Made by a program: the position numbers and the translations under genes. Shown here in pieces: positions 52,856 to 64,000 of a stretch of DNA of 64,000 nucleotides. Under the pieces are notes generated by a model. It made no database searches. It was not told the origin of the DNA and saw only the letters and a list, made by a program, of their open reading frames with translations. Origin of the DNA: Stegostoma tigrinum (Eukaryota); NCBI RefSeq assembly GCF_030684315.1, contig NC_081370.1:23318267-23382266 (forward strand). Direction: 5' to 3'. Position 1 is the first letter of the stretch. Each line of letters starts with the position of its first letter.

Positions 52856-54003
52856 CCATGAGCAAACTAAGTCTCCATTGAACAAAATGCTGTAATGTTA
52901 TGCATGACATCAAATGAGAGTGTGTGTCACAGAACTAAGGATCTTTTTTTTAACCAGTGTACCACAGTATGGACCCAGAAAGCAAACGGAACAGCGAACA
53001 CTACTAATTGATATGTTTACCAAGTGATACCTGATTGTTTTGGATCCAAGCCATAACAATCCATAAGGAAAATTCTTCTTGATTTCACAACTACACAACT
53101 ACCCATCATTTGGCTGCAGACCTGACTCTGACTTTGCTTGTCCTCCCACCTCTATCACAATGGCTAACATGATGAAACTCATTTTCTGGGCCCAGTTTCC
53201 TTGTTTTCCACTGTCATTTCTCAGCTCCGTGACTTCAATATTAGGGCTGAGATCTATGAAGGAATGGTCACAAATGTTTTCAATGGAGAATAGGGCACAA
53301 TGTTGATCTTCAGTTGATGTTCCATTTTCCAGCAGAAAGCGTCAACTCCCTAGAAAATACCATCAGAACAAAAATATGCTGCAGCAGTTGAAGCTCTCGT
53401 GACCATTCAATATTACCTTCTATTATTTATGCTGAAGTATCACCCACCTGGATCTCCCTTGCATTTACCTTGCAAGTGAAAGTAAATTGCAACTGAATTA
53501 CACATTATTTTCATTCAAGTAATCTTTTCATCTTCTAATAAAAAAGATTTTAAAAATGAAAAAATGGTTACAACTTCCTTGTATCATCCTTTGGCTTGAT
53601 TTCAACATTGACTTCAATAGTGTCCTGGAAAATAATCTTCAATTCCCAGATAGTCCAGGCTAATTCTAAAATGTAGGCAAGGTAACTATTCAAAGTGTGC
53701 TTATCTGACTGCAGAACATTTAAAATGATGGGTATGAAATTGATTATGGCATTGACTGGAGTGTTTTCCTGAATTATATTAAATACTTTGCAAATATTGC
53801 CCATAGTTGTAACCAATCAAAATGTGCAAAATTTACTGGGATTTATAAAAACTAAATGAATCATCTGTGCTATTTTATCTGCATGACACGAGGAGGACGT
53901 ATTATCAAACACGCAACAACTGCATGTTATGCTGTGAAAAATATGATTACAGAGTTTCAGCAGCTAATCCTAGAGTTTCTATTTGAACGAAATTTGCCTG
54001 TTT

Positions 54004-54165
54004 GGGTCTAGGCACAAACTAGACCCTTCATCAGAGCTGATGAAAGGTCTAGACCCGAAACGTCAGCTTTTGTGCTCCTGAGATGCTGCTTGGCCTGCTG
54101 TGTTCATCCAGCTTCACACTTTGTTATCTTGGATTCTCCAGCATCTGCAGTTCCCATTATCTCTG
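54004..54165. mobile_element. Rearranged miniature PLE-terminus element (M5)
   Basis: Full right arm with tail, 16-nt inverted left arm and an extra short sense fragment. No clear TSD. Confidence 0.8.
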
Positions 54166-54781
54166 GGTACATTTTTGCCAGGTTTAATTCTTTCTCTCTG
54201 TCTCAACTGGTACATCACTTTAAGGGAAGCTGTTGTTTAAGGAAAAGGAAAAATTATAGTGATTGTTTTAAATAGTTGGTGTTTTCAATAGCCTTGAAAG
54301 ATAAGAATTTCTTGTAACTGATAAATTATCCTTTTGATGTATGATTATTCATGTGCACAAACGTTCTGCTCTACTACATCATAAAATTCAATGCAGCATT
54401 AATGAAGACTATGATACACAAATTTATTTGTAAAATGGATTTTTTTATTCAGCTGTGTTTATCCATTTCCTGTAACATAAAACTGATACTAAGATAGTGC
54501 AAATCCTACTCTAAAGCCAGTCACAAAGAAGCAAAGCAAAGTATCCTGATTGCAAAAGGAAAAGGTAGGTTTAAAAATATAAGAACATATTATTTCATTT
54601 TAGATTGCCAGGATTTCATGGCAGCAGAATTAGAGGTCTAACCTAAGACCTTGTCAATATATAGGGGAGCACACTTAATTAAATTCCCTCTGACATCTCT
54701 GTAGTCCTGCCCTCTTCTTCACACTCCCAGGCTAGAAACCATCATCGCATCGATCATATTCTAAGCTATAACCATACTCAG

Positions 54782-54973
54782 TGATAATGGGAACTGCAGA
54801 TGCTGGAGAATCCAATATAACAAAGTGTGGAGCTGGATGAACACAGCAGGCCAAGCAGCATCTCAGGACCACTTCAGAGAGCTCTCTGATGAAGGGTCGA
54901 GGCCTGAAACATCAGCTTTTGTGCTCCTGAGATGCTGCTTGGCCTGCTGTGTTCATCCAGCTCCACACTTTGT
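54782..54973. mobile_element. Miniature palindromic PLE-terminus element (M6)
   Basis: Apex 54881/54882 (tcagagag|ctctctga); left arm lacks about 30 nt. Perfect TSD TATAACCATACTCAG at 54767-54781 and 54974-54988. Confidence 0.92.
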
Positions 54974-55599
54974 TATAACCATACTCAGATGGTTCAACCT
55001 GCATCATGTCTCCATCTCTCTGGCTTTAACAGTTCAAATGTATACCCATTTCTAACCAATTATACTAGTCAATGCTTCCTCATTTTCTCTGTCCCTCAGC
55101 TCACCAGATCCCCTTTGGCTTCAAATCTACCCTTTAAAGGATCTCAATCTTTGAATGTTCACAGGAGCTCCAACTCCATTTACACATTCCATTGAGGCCT
55201 CCTATGTGATCCTTACAATATTCCCAACATATTCTCACCATATAATGGGGACAGGTGGGGGGGGGGGTATACTGGAAAACAGAGGGAAAGCAGCGCAGAT
55301 ATCAGGTGGGAAGTAAGTAATGACGTAGCCACGGAAATATGTTGTGCCAACGACCAATGAATGACTGGGGTGCTTGAACCTTAGGATCGCAAACAAAAAT
55401 TCTTTTGAAGCATTTGACAGGGACCACTTTCAGTGTGAGGTTGAATTGATCTTTGTTCTGTAAGGTAAACTCTTTATAGTAATTGTACATCTAATGTATT
55501 TCTACATTTTCAACTCTGGTCTCATTTCGTTGGCTGTTGAAATCATGAAGAATAAAATGCTTCAAGAAAATGGAAAAAGGCTTGCACCCATTAAGACGT

Positions 55600-57000
55600 T
55601 GTATCTAACGCCTTACAAATGATTCTCTGATTATGAAGTTGGAAAATGTTCCAAATAATTGACCCAGAGGATAGCGGTAGGTTTGGATGATGAGTCTCTC
55701 GAACCGTCACTGCCTGACTCAGGTTGCGAATGCTGTCATTGTATCTGTCCGGTGGAGTCGATGTGAGACTAGATTTCGAGATGTTATCCAACTCTTGATT
55801 GGCACGATGTTGGCTTTTCACCTGCACTGAAGCGAAAGAAATACACATTCGACAAACAAATATGACATCAGATTGCACAGTCGGCTTTCCGCCTTTACCG
55901 CGCCGAGAGCTTTTAGCAAATGACTCCAGGTACCACGGAGAGCGCTCTGCTGCCTTATTTACAGTACATCCCGCGCTGCTCTCACTTCAAGCAGCTCCCG
56001 CTGAACCCTAAATGCAGCTTCCCCCTTATTACTGAGCTGTGTGTGTGTGTCCCTCCCCCACCAGCCTTTTCTTTCCGGGTGTTTGTGTGACCCACTGTAG
56101 CAACGGCACTCCAGTAATCAACCTGCACTCAGCCAAGTAGAGCGACGGCGACAGAACATGAGGCGCGGAAAATAGCATCGGGATGAAGCAATGACAGTGT
56201 CGACCTACTTCTGGAGAAAAAGATGGAGTTTGAAGCATAACAAAGCAGGAGAGATTCCGGTGATAGGTTTGACCGCCACGCGGTCCTGACCTGTTTCAAT
56301 TTTCACGACCTGCTGTGCCGAATGTGCGTGAACCTCTGTAATTCTCAATGGCACACTATTCACAGCTTAAATTCGGAGCTAAAAAATGATAACCAGGTAT
56401 AAAGAGGTAAGCTTAAAGCACATTTAAATGTCGTGATTATCGCACCATGGGAACCCGCATTGTATCTCCCTTCAGTAAGTGCTGCCTGCTGTGGGGTTTA
56501 GAAGCTTGTCAGAGTAACCAGATCAGGGTTCCGAAATCCAGGGTCCGGAGCAGCTGCTGCAGGCACTGTATCCGTCAGTATGGACTCAGCTCCCTTTAAA
56601 GGTGAACGTTCGGGGTTTTGTCTTTGTTTTAGCCTACACGTTTGAAGTGATCACTTGCACCGCAATAGAAGCGGGACCCGAACTGAAACGCTGAAGAGGT
56701 GTCAGCTCAAAGTGGGGTATTTTTCTCAAAATGACGTTTGCTGTGCAGACGCCGCCGGAGTAGTTGAGCCAATGAGTGAAGGGGAAGAGGAGGGACGGCA
56801 ATGCTGCATCTGCGGCTGAGGGAAGGTCAGGTAATGGGATGAAGTTACCCCTTTTCAAGGAAATACTGACTCCAACGACTACGAACCCCCTTAGAGTTTG
56901 AAACGAGCACTACTAATTGCGTTGGGCAAGTGCACTGCAGTATTTCATTTCTCTAGAGCTCGGGGTCATTTTTGTTTTCATCTTCTATCGTTATTGTTTT
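55600..57000. promoter_or_regulatory. CpG-enriched putative promoter / non-coding first exon of a downstream gene
   Basis: Visibly more CG dinucleotides than the flanks in sequence with no repeat I recognise; strong + strand donor AG|GTAAGC at 56406/56407; CCAAT near 56769. Confidence 0.45.
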
Positions 57001-59269
57001 TACTTCATTCTGTCAATATGACATATCGATGTACTTCCAAATTCACATTCTTCCAGTAAAAGAAAGACACTGGATATGAACACTATCGGAAGTACTTATT
57101 TCTTTAGGTTGTATTCTTTGTAACACCCGGTTATATTTAGGTAGATTTTACGACATATTTGATCACATCCTCAACTTTATGCTCATAAGAATATAGTGCG
57201 ACAGCCAATTTGGTGTAGATTAGATACGGGGGTTACTCCCAACATCAGTATAATGTATACATCCAGCACCATGAATTTGTATACGCTAGGTGGCTCGCTG
57301 CCAGGAATTTTGCTTTGTTACACAACTGGGGTCTTGATTTTGCTTCGAGCTGTGTTTGGTCTCGATTATATCACATGACAAGGAGTCCCCTACCAGGAAC
57401 AAAGTACAAACTAATCCCCTCTACTTCTGCTAGTGCAATGCTTAGAATCACGACTTCAGATGTGTAATGCGATGTGGCTGTAAACAATTCCTAACGATTT
57501 TTGAAAAAAAAGATTCTTGTAGTATACTTCACGTTAATGTCTGGCTAAGCAGCCCAAATCTTGGCAGGCATTTTACGTAAAACAACGAGCCCTTGAAAGG
57601 ATGGTGAGACCTCACATGCTCCCAGCAAAACCAGCTACATCAGCAGTCAGCTAATATTTGTTACCATGGCCGATGGGAGGGTGCGTTATCCCGGCCGTTG
57701 GTGGTTTAGACGGATGTATTCAGCTGTTTTAGTTTATTCGTTCATGGGGTGTGGGCACTGCCAACATGTAACATAATGTTGCATAATTGCAACAGTGTAA
57801 TTCACTGCCTTGAAAATCAATACTTAAGATCCCCTTGCAGGTTTTCCTTTCCAATTTGAGAAAGAAGGATAACTCCATAATGAACAATCATTCTATCAGC
57901 CAAGTAGCTTAAATCCAGAATCTATGGTTGACCCCAAAGCACGTTGAATTTTTATGAGGTAGCTACGTATCTGTTAGGCATTTACTGAAAACTGGAACAA
58001 TACAACTGTCAAATCCCAATTAATTTTAGGGTATTTGAATCTATTGGGTAGTTGTTTTGAGTGTCATTACCACTTGTTGAAAAAGGCAATATTTGTCAAT
58101 ATTATAGAATTTCAGGTTATAGTTTTCAATAGCATTCACAGAAATGGGTCACATTATAGTTACAATTAGCTCATGAATTTCAGTTGGCAAAATGTTTCCC
58201 ATTCAGTCAATATAAAGAGGCAAGAAATACAGAATAATTTGTTTTAATAAATTTAGTAAAGCATAACATTACTGTCCCCAACCTACAAGCCATAACAATT
58301 CATCAAACCAAATGTTTATACATCCTATTGATTACTACTAAGTTATTATTATCAATCTAATGAACACCAATATAAGGACGATGGTTTCCAATCAACATTG
58401 TGGAGCACATATATCCAAAGAGTGATGTTAGAAATGAAAAATACAAACTACCGTCTATTGGTAGGAAGATTAGATTCTCATGTAAAAAAAAAGTTACTGC
58501 TCCGCCAGTAAGTTCGCATCCAAGCTGGTCACAATTCTGACTTGCAAATATATTGCCTTTCCTCCTGATTTAATGGATCAGAATCCTGGACCTCCCTGCC
58601 TAATGCTATTGTGGATGTACCAAATGGAATGAAATAGTTCAGGTAGATAGCTCACCAATATCTGCTCAAGAACAACCAGAAATAACCTCTAAATATTGAC
58701 CAAGTCAGCAACATCAACAGACCATGATTGAATTTAAAATAAAATAGATTTACATTACAAATAAATGTTTTGAATCAGTAACCAGAATAAAGTAGTTATT
58801 TCCTGTAGAGACTAGAAAGCAAACTGCTAAGATACAGAAATGAATTTGCAATAATATTCGAAGCCATTGTTCCTAGCTATTTTGGTTTTTTCCCTTATCA
58901 CCTTAAATACATATTTTTGCTCTAGGTCTTTGCGTTCACTTCTGTTTTGATGTTAGCTAGTTTTCCATCAGCTGTTGCAAACATTTATATCTATTATACA
59001 AATAAACCTACTGGTAAATAGTCAGTTATTAACTTTGCAGCTATAGATACAAGATATAGACCAGGAGTCACATGGCTGGGAGAATTTAATGGTGCTGTAA
59101 ATTAACTTCCTAATTATTATTGAATTTTTGCATTAATCCAGCAACTTAAAGAATACAAGTTAATTTTACATTGCTTGAAAATAGTATTGCATAGTACATA
59201 TTGATGTACTAAATGTATGCATCACATGTAGAAAGAAGTAGAAATTGTTTTTACTATTATTTCTTTTTT

Positions 59270-61290
59270 TGGGTATGTGAACATTATAGTGGTGAGCTCT
59301 CTTCTTGAATTAATTCAGATTAACCAGTGTAGATACCCATAGTGTTGTTATGAAGGGAGTTTGGGATGTTGGCCCAGCACTGTGGATACAGAGTTTCAAT
59401 TAGAATGACGTATGTTTCAGAAGGGAAACAGGTGATGATGTTCCCATGTATTTGCTTTCTTGTTCTCCTTGGTGATAGAAATTCCAGATTTGAAAAGTAC
59501 TGTTGAAAGAGCCTTGTAGAGTTGCTGCAATGCATCTTGTGCATGTTTCTCATCGCTACCACCATACATCATTAGTGGAAGCACACAGATTTTTTTTGCT
59601 ATGGTAGAAGAGTTACTGATCAAATGGGTTATTGTGCCCTTAAATGTGTTAAGCTTCAGGCAAATTCTTAGAGGTACTCTTAAGTAGGAAAGCGGAGATT
59701 ATTCCATCACTTTCTTGACTTTTGCCTTGTAATGGTAGGCAGGCTTTCGGGAGCTGGTTGTGTTACTGGCCACATAATTTTGACGTGTTCTTGAAGCCAC
59801 AGTTATTTATATGGCTTGATGAAATACAGTTCTGTGAGTGGTAATCCCAGGGTATTGATGGTGAGGATTTCAGGGCTGGTAATGTTGTTAAATGTCAAGG
59901 AAGATGGTTGATTCTCGCTTTTTGGAGATGGTCATTACCTGACTTTTGTGCGCTAGGAATATTACTTGCCACTTATAAGCCCATGACTGAATGTTATGTA
60001 GGATTTGCTGCACATGAATAAGGATCACTTTAGAATCCGAGGAGTCATGAGTGGTGATAAACTGTACAATTATTAGCAATAATCTGTATAACTGACTTTA
60101 ATATAGCTTGACGTTCATTGTTAAGCAGCCAAAGATATTGGGCAGAGGACACTATCCTGAGTGATGCCCTGGGACTGAGGTGATTGATATCCAACAACCA
60201 CAACTGTCTTTCTTTGTTCTAAGTATGACTTCAACCAATGGAAAGGTTTTCACCTGATTCCCATTGACTTCAGTTTTGCTCAGACTCCTTAATATCGTAC
60301 TTAGTCAAGTGCTACCTCAATGTCAAGACCAGTCACTTTTACCTCACTTCTCGAGTTCTTCACTTTTACTCACATTTGTACCAAGGTTGTAGATGGGTTT
60401 GGAGCTATGTGGCCATAGCAATATACAAACTAAGCATTAGCCATTTAGTTATTGCTTCATAAATCCTGCGTCATAACATTGCTAATGACACTTTCCATCA
60501 CATTATGATTGAAAGGAGATTAAAAGGGTAGAAATTGACTGAGTTAGATTTGTTCTGCTTTTTATGAACTGGGGAAATTTTCTCATTTGGGTAAATGCCA
60601 GTTTCGTTACTACCTCAATGGCTTTGCTAGAGGTCCGCCTAATCTGAAGCAAATCATTAATATTACTACCGTGACCCAAAGCTATTGCTGCACCAAGCCT
60701 TCACCTATTGCTTGTGGAGTGAATCAAATTGGCTGAAGATGATGGGCAACTGAGGAGGCGACCAAGTTGCAAGACGAATCATCCACCCAGTATTTCTGGC
60801 TGAGATTATTGCACTAATGTGCTGGACTCTGCCATCCTTGCAGATGGAGAAGTTTGTAGATCTAGTTTTTTAACTAGTTGTTTCATTGTCCGGCACCATT
60901 CATGCTGCTTGTCATGTCTGATGCTGTAACTTCTCTAGGTTGGCACCTCATTTTGAGAATTTTTAGATATGCTTTGTGCTGCTCCTGGCACGGTCTCCAG
61001 CACTCTTTGTTGAACCAGAGTTGATCCCATGACTTGACTCTAATGATAGAGGGGGGGCAATGCCAAGTGATGAGGCTATCTTTATAGCTGAATACAGCTC
61101 TGCTGCTGCTGATGGCTACACTTGTTCACGGATGCAAGATTCCAGTTCCTAGATGTGTTCTGAATCTGTACAGTTTAGCATAGTGGTAATATCACATAAT
61201 ATCATAGAGGTTGCCTTCAGTGTATGGTGATGGGACTTAATTTCCATGAAGGACGTTAGAGTAATCATGCCTATTAATACTATTGTCATC
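59270..61290 (-). mobile_element. Ancient non-LTR LINE fragment (same family as 42660-44720)
   Basis: Shared blocks such as gtatgacttcaacca, atgtcaag, tcattacct and aatcaaattgg. Confidence 0.55.
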
Positions 61291-62339
61291 CTGCTGATGT
61301 ATTTTTGATTTTAGATTGTATCAACATTCTTTTAGACACGGTCAATAATTGAAATGTATCAACAATTTTATATGTGAGACAACAAATTAGACTTCAACAG
61401 CTTACTCGTCTCAGGAGAATGTATTTAACTCCCAGTCTTTGCACCCTCCTTTGGGTTCTGTCTCATTTTAATTTCAATAGTAGCTTCTAATTAATGAAAA
61501 TCCAGCTGCTCGTAAATAAATTTGAGACTTTACCTTATCTCTATTAGCTGAAGCTGTACAAAATGTTAAAATGAACTCAATGATTCCAGATAATTTACAC
61601 CCTTGGGCAATGATCTTGAATTAGTGAGAATTAGAACAAAATAGTTGCCTGCTAACAAAAACAACAAAATGTTCACATGAAATTGGTGAAAATCTTCTAT
61701 TCAATATGACATAAAGTGGCATTTGGAATGTTTTGAAGAGGTCTGATATTGACAATTATTAAACATTATACTCTGCAATTTATTCTGTCTTCTGTAATGT
61801 GCAGACTTTAAAAATCTAAGCTTGACAACTAATCACAAGTTGCTGACTTATTGCATTGTTTTCCATTGTGTTCAATCTTAGCAATATTTTGCAATTCAAT
61901 CATCCTTTAGTTGTCTTTCTCAATTTAATGAAAAGAGGAGAAAGATGTAACTATCTGATTATCTTGAACAAAAAATGCAACATTTCATGGGCCATTAATT
62001 GTTAATTTGTAGTGAAAACACAAACAAAATAAACATGCCCAAAACGTAGTGATAATGTAATACACAAGTGATGCGATGGCATTTTCAGGATTATGAAATG
62101 AATTAACAAAACTGATTGAAGCAAATTTTTCATTGTGGTGGTTGGTCTTAATATCAATGGCCAGAGCTTGGGTAGTTAAGAACAAAAAGATTCTAAAAAA
62201 AGGGAGACATATTTAATTTAAAAGTTATTGATTATGTTAAGCTATTGGAATGGACAACTGAACAAGTATCAGTGGCAATTAGACTGTTTCTGCTTCCACC
62301 TATCAATGCCTTTGGAGACTTCAAGCATCGACTATAGAT

Positions 62340-62900
62340 ATCTTTCCTATTTCTCATTTGCATATTGCCGCTTGGCAACATCACTCAATGACATGCAATG
62401 AGTCCCATGTACATGCCCTGTTCTACATTGCCATCTCCTTCTTAACCCCTCCAATGCTTTGAGACGTCAGTCTCTCCGACATCAAGACCCAGATAAGATA
62501 AAATTGCCTCCAGTTCACCTTAATTGGGAAAAGCAAAATGGTTGGCTTTTTGAAACTGCCACTTATCCTATCTACATACTGACCAATTGTCTGGAAACAC
62601 AGGCTACGCATCACCTTCAATTATATTTCACCTTGAACTGAACTTTTGTGTCCTCCCCTTTACCAAGCCCTTCCACCTTAACTTCTGTAAAATACTACCT
62701 ATTTCTGCCCCTCATTCAGTTCATCAACTGCTGAAACTCTGCATTATTTTCAAATTCAGTTATTCCAATGTTCTGACTACCTTTCATTTACATCATCCTG
62801 AAAATTAAACCTACTCAAAGCTCTGCTTTACCATATTTTAACTCATTTTAAGAATCTTACATTCACTGTGCTGTTCGCATTTCACCATACTGATCCCTGA
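62340..62900 (+). mobile_element. Decayed L2-like LINE RT fragment
   Basis: LFLI..LPLGNI and LSDIK..LQ-like remnants with frameshifts. Confidence 0.4.
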
Positions 62901-63269
62901 CCCATGAATGCCTTGACCTTAATTTTCTTACTCTCACCCCTCCCGATCCTGGAGTCTCCTCCAGGTCTGGAAATCACTGAGAATTCTGTTTCTCCAACTC
63001 TGGTTCATGCTCATTCATTTTTTACAATTCACATTAAAGGCTATCTCTTTGGCTGGTTTGGTCCTGTTTTAGCTAACACCAACTTGATTTGGAACTATAT
63101 TGTCATGTTTCATTGCCTCGAGGTCAGATTCTTGGAAGTCCCTTTTTAATAGCATCATGGGAGTACCAACAGTCCAAGGACTTCAATGGTTCAAGGACAC
63201 AACTGACCACCACTTTGTCAAGGGCAATTAGGGATAGTCATTAAATACTAGCCAGAAACAAAATAAAGA

Positions 63270-63510
63270 AATGCACATACCCATCATGACCAGCGAACAT
63301 TTAAAGCACTTTATGGCCAAGTAACTACTTGACGTGTAGTCATTGCTGCAATGTAGGAATTGCAATAGCCAATTTGCAAAGAGCATGAAAGATATCTGTA
63401 AACAATGTGATAACGACCAGACAATTGGTTCTTTATGTGACGTTTGTATTAATCAGCACACCAGGAACAACTCTTCTACTCCTCTTCTGAATAGCATCTT
63501 GGAATCTTTA
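63270..63510 (-). mobile_element. Degenerate Deu-domain SINE 3' part
   Basis: aaagcacttta..gccaa..gtgtagtcattgctgcaatgtagga..gccaatttgc matches the reverse complement of the Deu-SINE tail. Confidence 0.6.
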
Positions 63511-63589
63511 ATGCAGTCATATAGCATGGAAATAGACCTTTTCGTCCCACCAGTCTACACTGAACATAATTTCAAACTGAACTAGTCCA

Positions 63590-63925
63590 AGCAAGCCAGG
63601 CAGCATCTGGAGGAGAGAAGTCAACGTTTCCGGTATTACCCTTCTTCAGGACTCGATATGAGTGTGGGGGAGCTGCAGATAAATGTGGGGCAAATGGTGG
63701 AGATGGAATGGTGGTGATAGGTGGACACTGGTAATAGATATGACCTGGTTGGCCGATGGCTGGGATGAATTGGTTGGTGGCTGGAAGGAAAGATTAGAAA
63801 GTGAACTGGAAGGGAGGAGGTGGGGCTGGAAGGGGAGGCCTGGAATGAGTGGTAAGGTTATTTGAAATTGGAGAAGTCAAGGTTGAGTCCTCCCACCTGT
63901 AGTGTGCCCAGGCGGAAGATAAACT
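63590..63925 (-). mobile_element. Degenerate Penelope-like 3' fragment
   Basis: Reverse complement contains IFRLGTL-like coding remnant, a pyrimidine tract and CTGAAGAAGGGTAATACCGGAAACGTT. Confidence 0.6.
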
Positions 63926-64000
63926 GTAACTCGGAATGCAAAATTGGAGAACAACACCTTGTCTAAGTGTCTTTTAAATATTAGAACTGTGCCCTGGTCC

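Noticed and set aside
54072-54275. Recurrent short ORF MLLRCCLACCVHPA.. (also 27337, 44130, 54825) resembling a Cys-rich peptide family
   Set aside because: It is a translation of the PLE terminal repeat, opened at a non-ATG start in the copies checked and running into unrelated flanks.
4646-54973. Interpreting the miniature palindromes as DNA-transposon MITEs or a CRISPR-like array
   Set aside because: Variable-length long TSDs, a one-sided tail and identity with RT/GIY-YIG element termini indicate PLE origin; copies are dispersed with no repeat-spacer periodicity.
55591-56238. ORFs in the CpG-rich region as a coding first exon (e.g. ABCC8)
   Set aside because: No recognisable similarity to the ABCC8 N-terminus or any protein I know; short and overlapping on both strands.

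Overview
Eukaryotic, repeat-rich vertebrate DNA. The V-SINE/HE1-type, Deu-SINE, CR1 and Penelope repertoire points to a cartilaginous fish (inference). The only host gene I can support is the 3' end of USH1C/harmonin on the + strand: five GT-AG exons (6146-6199, 9115-9214, 33133-33242, 37883-37938, 41639-41651) splice in frame to PDZ3 and the C-terminal ...EYEDEVTFF*. A CpG-enriched, promoter-like segment lies at about 55.6-57.0 kb. The most striking structure is a set of Penelope-like retroelement (PLE) insertions: four 1.7-2.4 kb inverted two-arm insertions, one single-arm copy and eight 160-230 bp palindromic miniatures from about three lineages. Most have their own 10-15 bp target-site duplication (TSD), an extra tail on one end only, 1-5 nt microhomology to the target, and minimal hammerhead-ribozyme motifs. 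In the main family the hairpin apex sits within about 5 nt of the 5' edge of the hammerhead core. Repeat boundaries were read by eye and are approximate unless TSD coordinates are given. Most ORF-track entries are repeat-derived or spurious.
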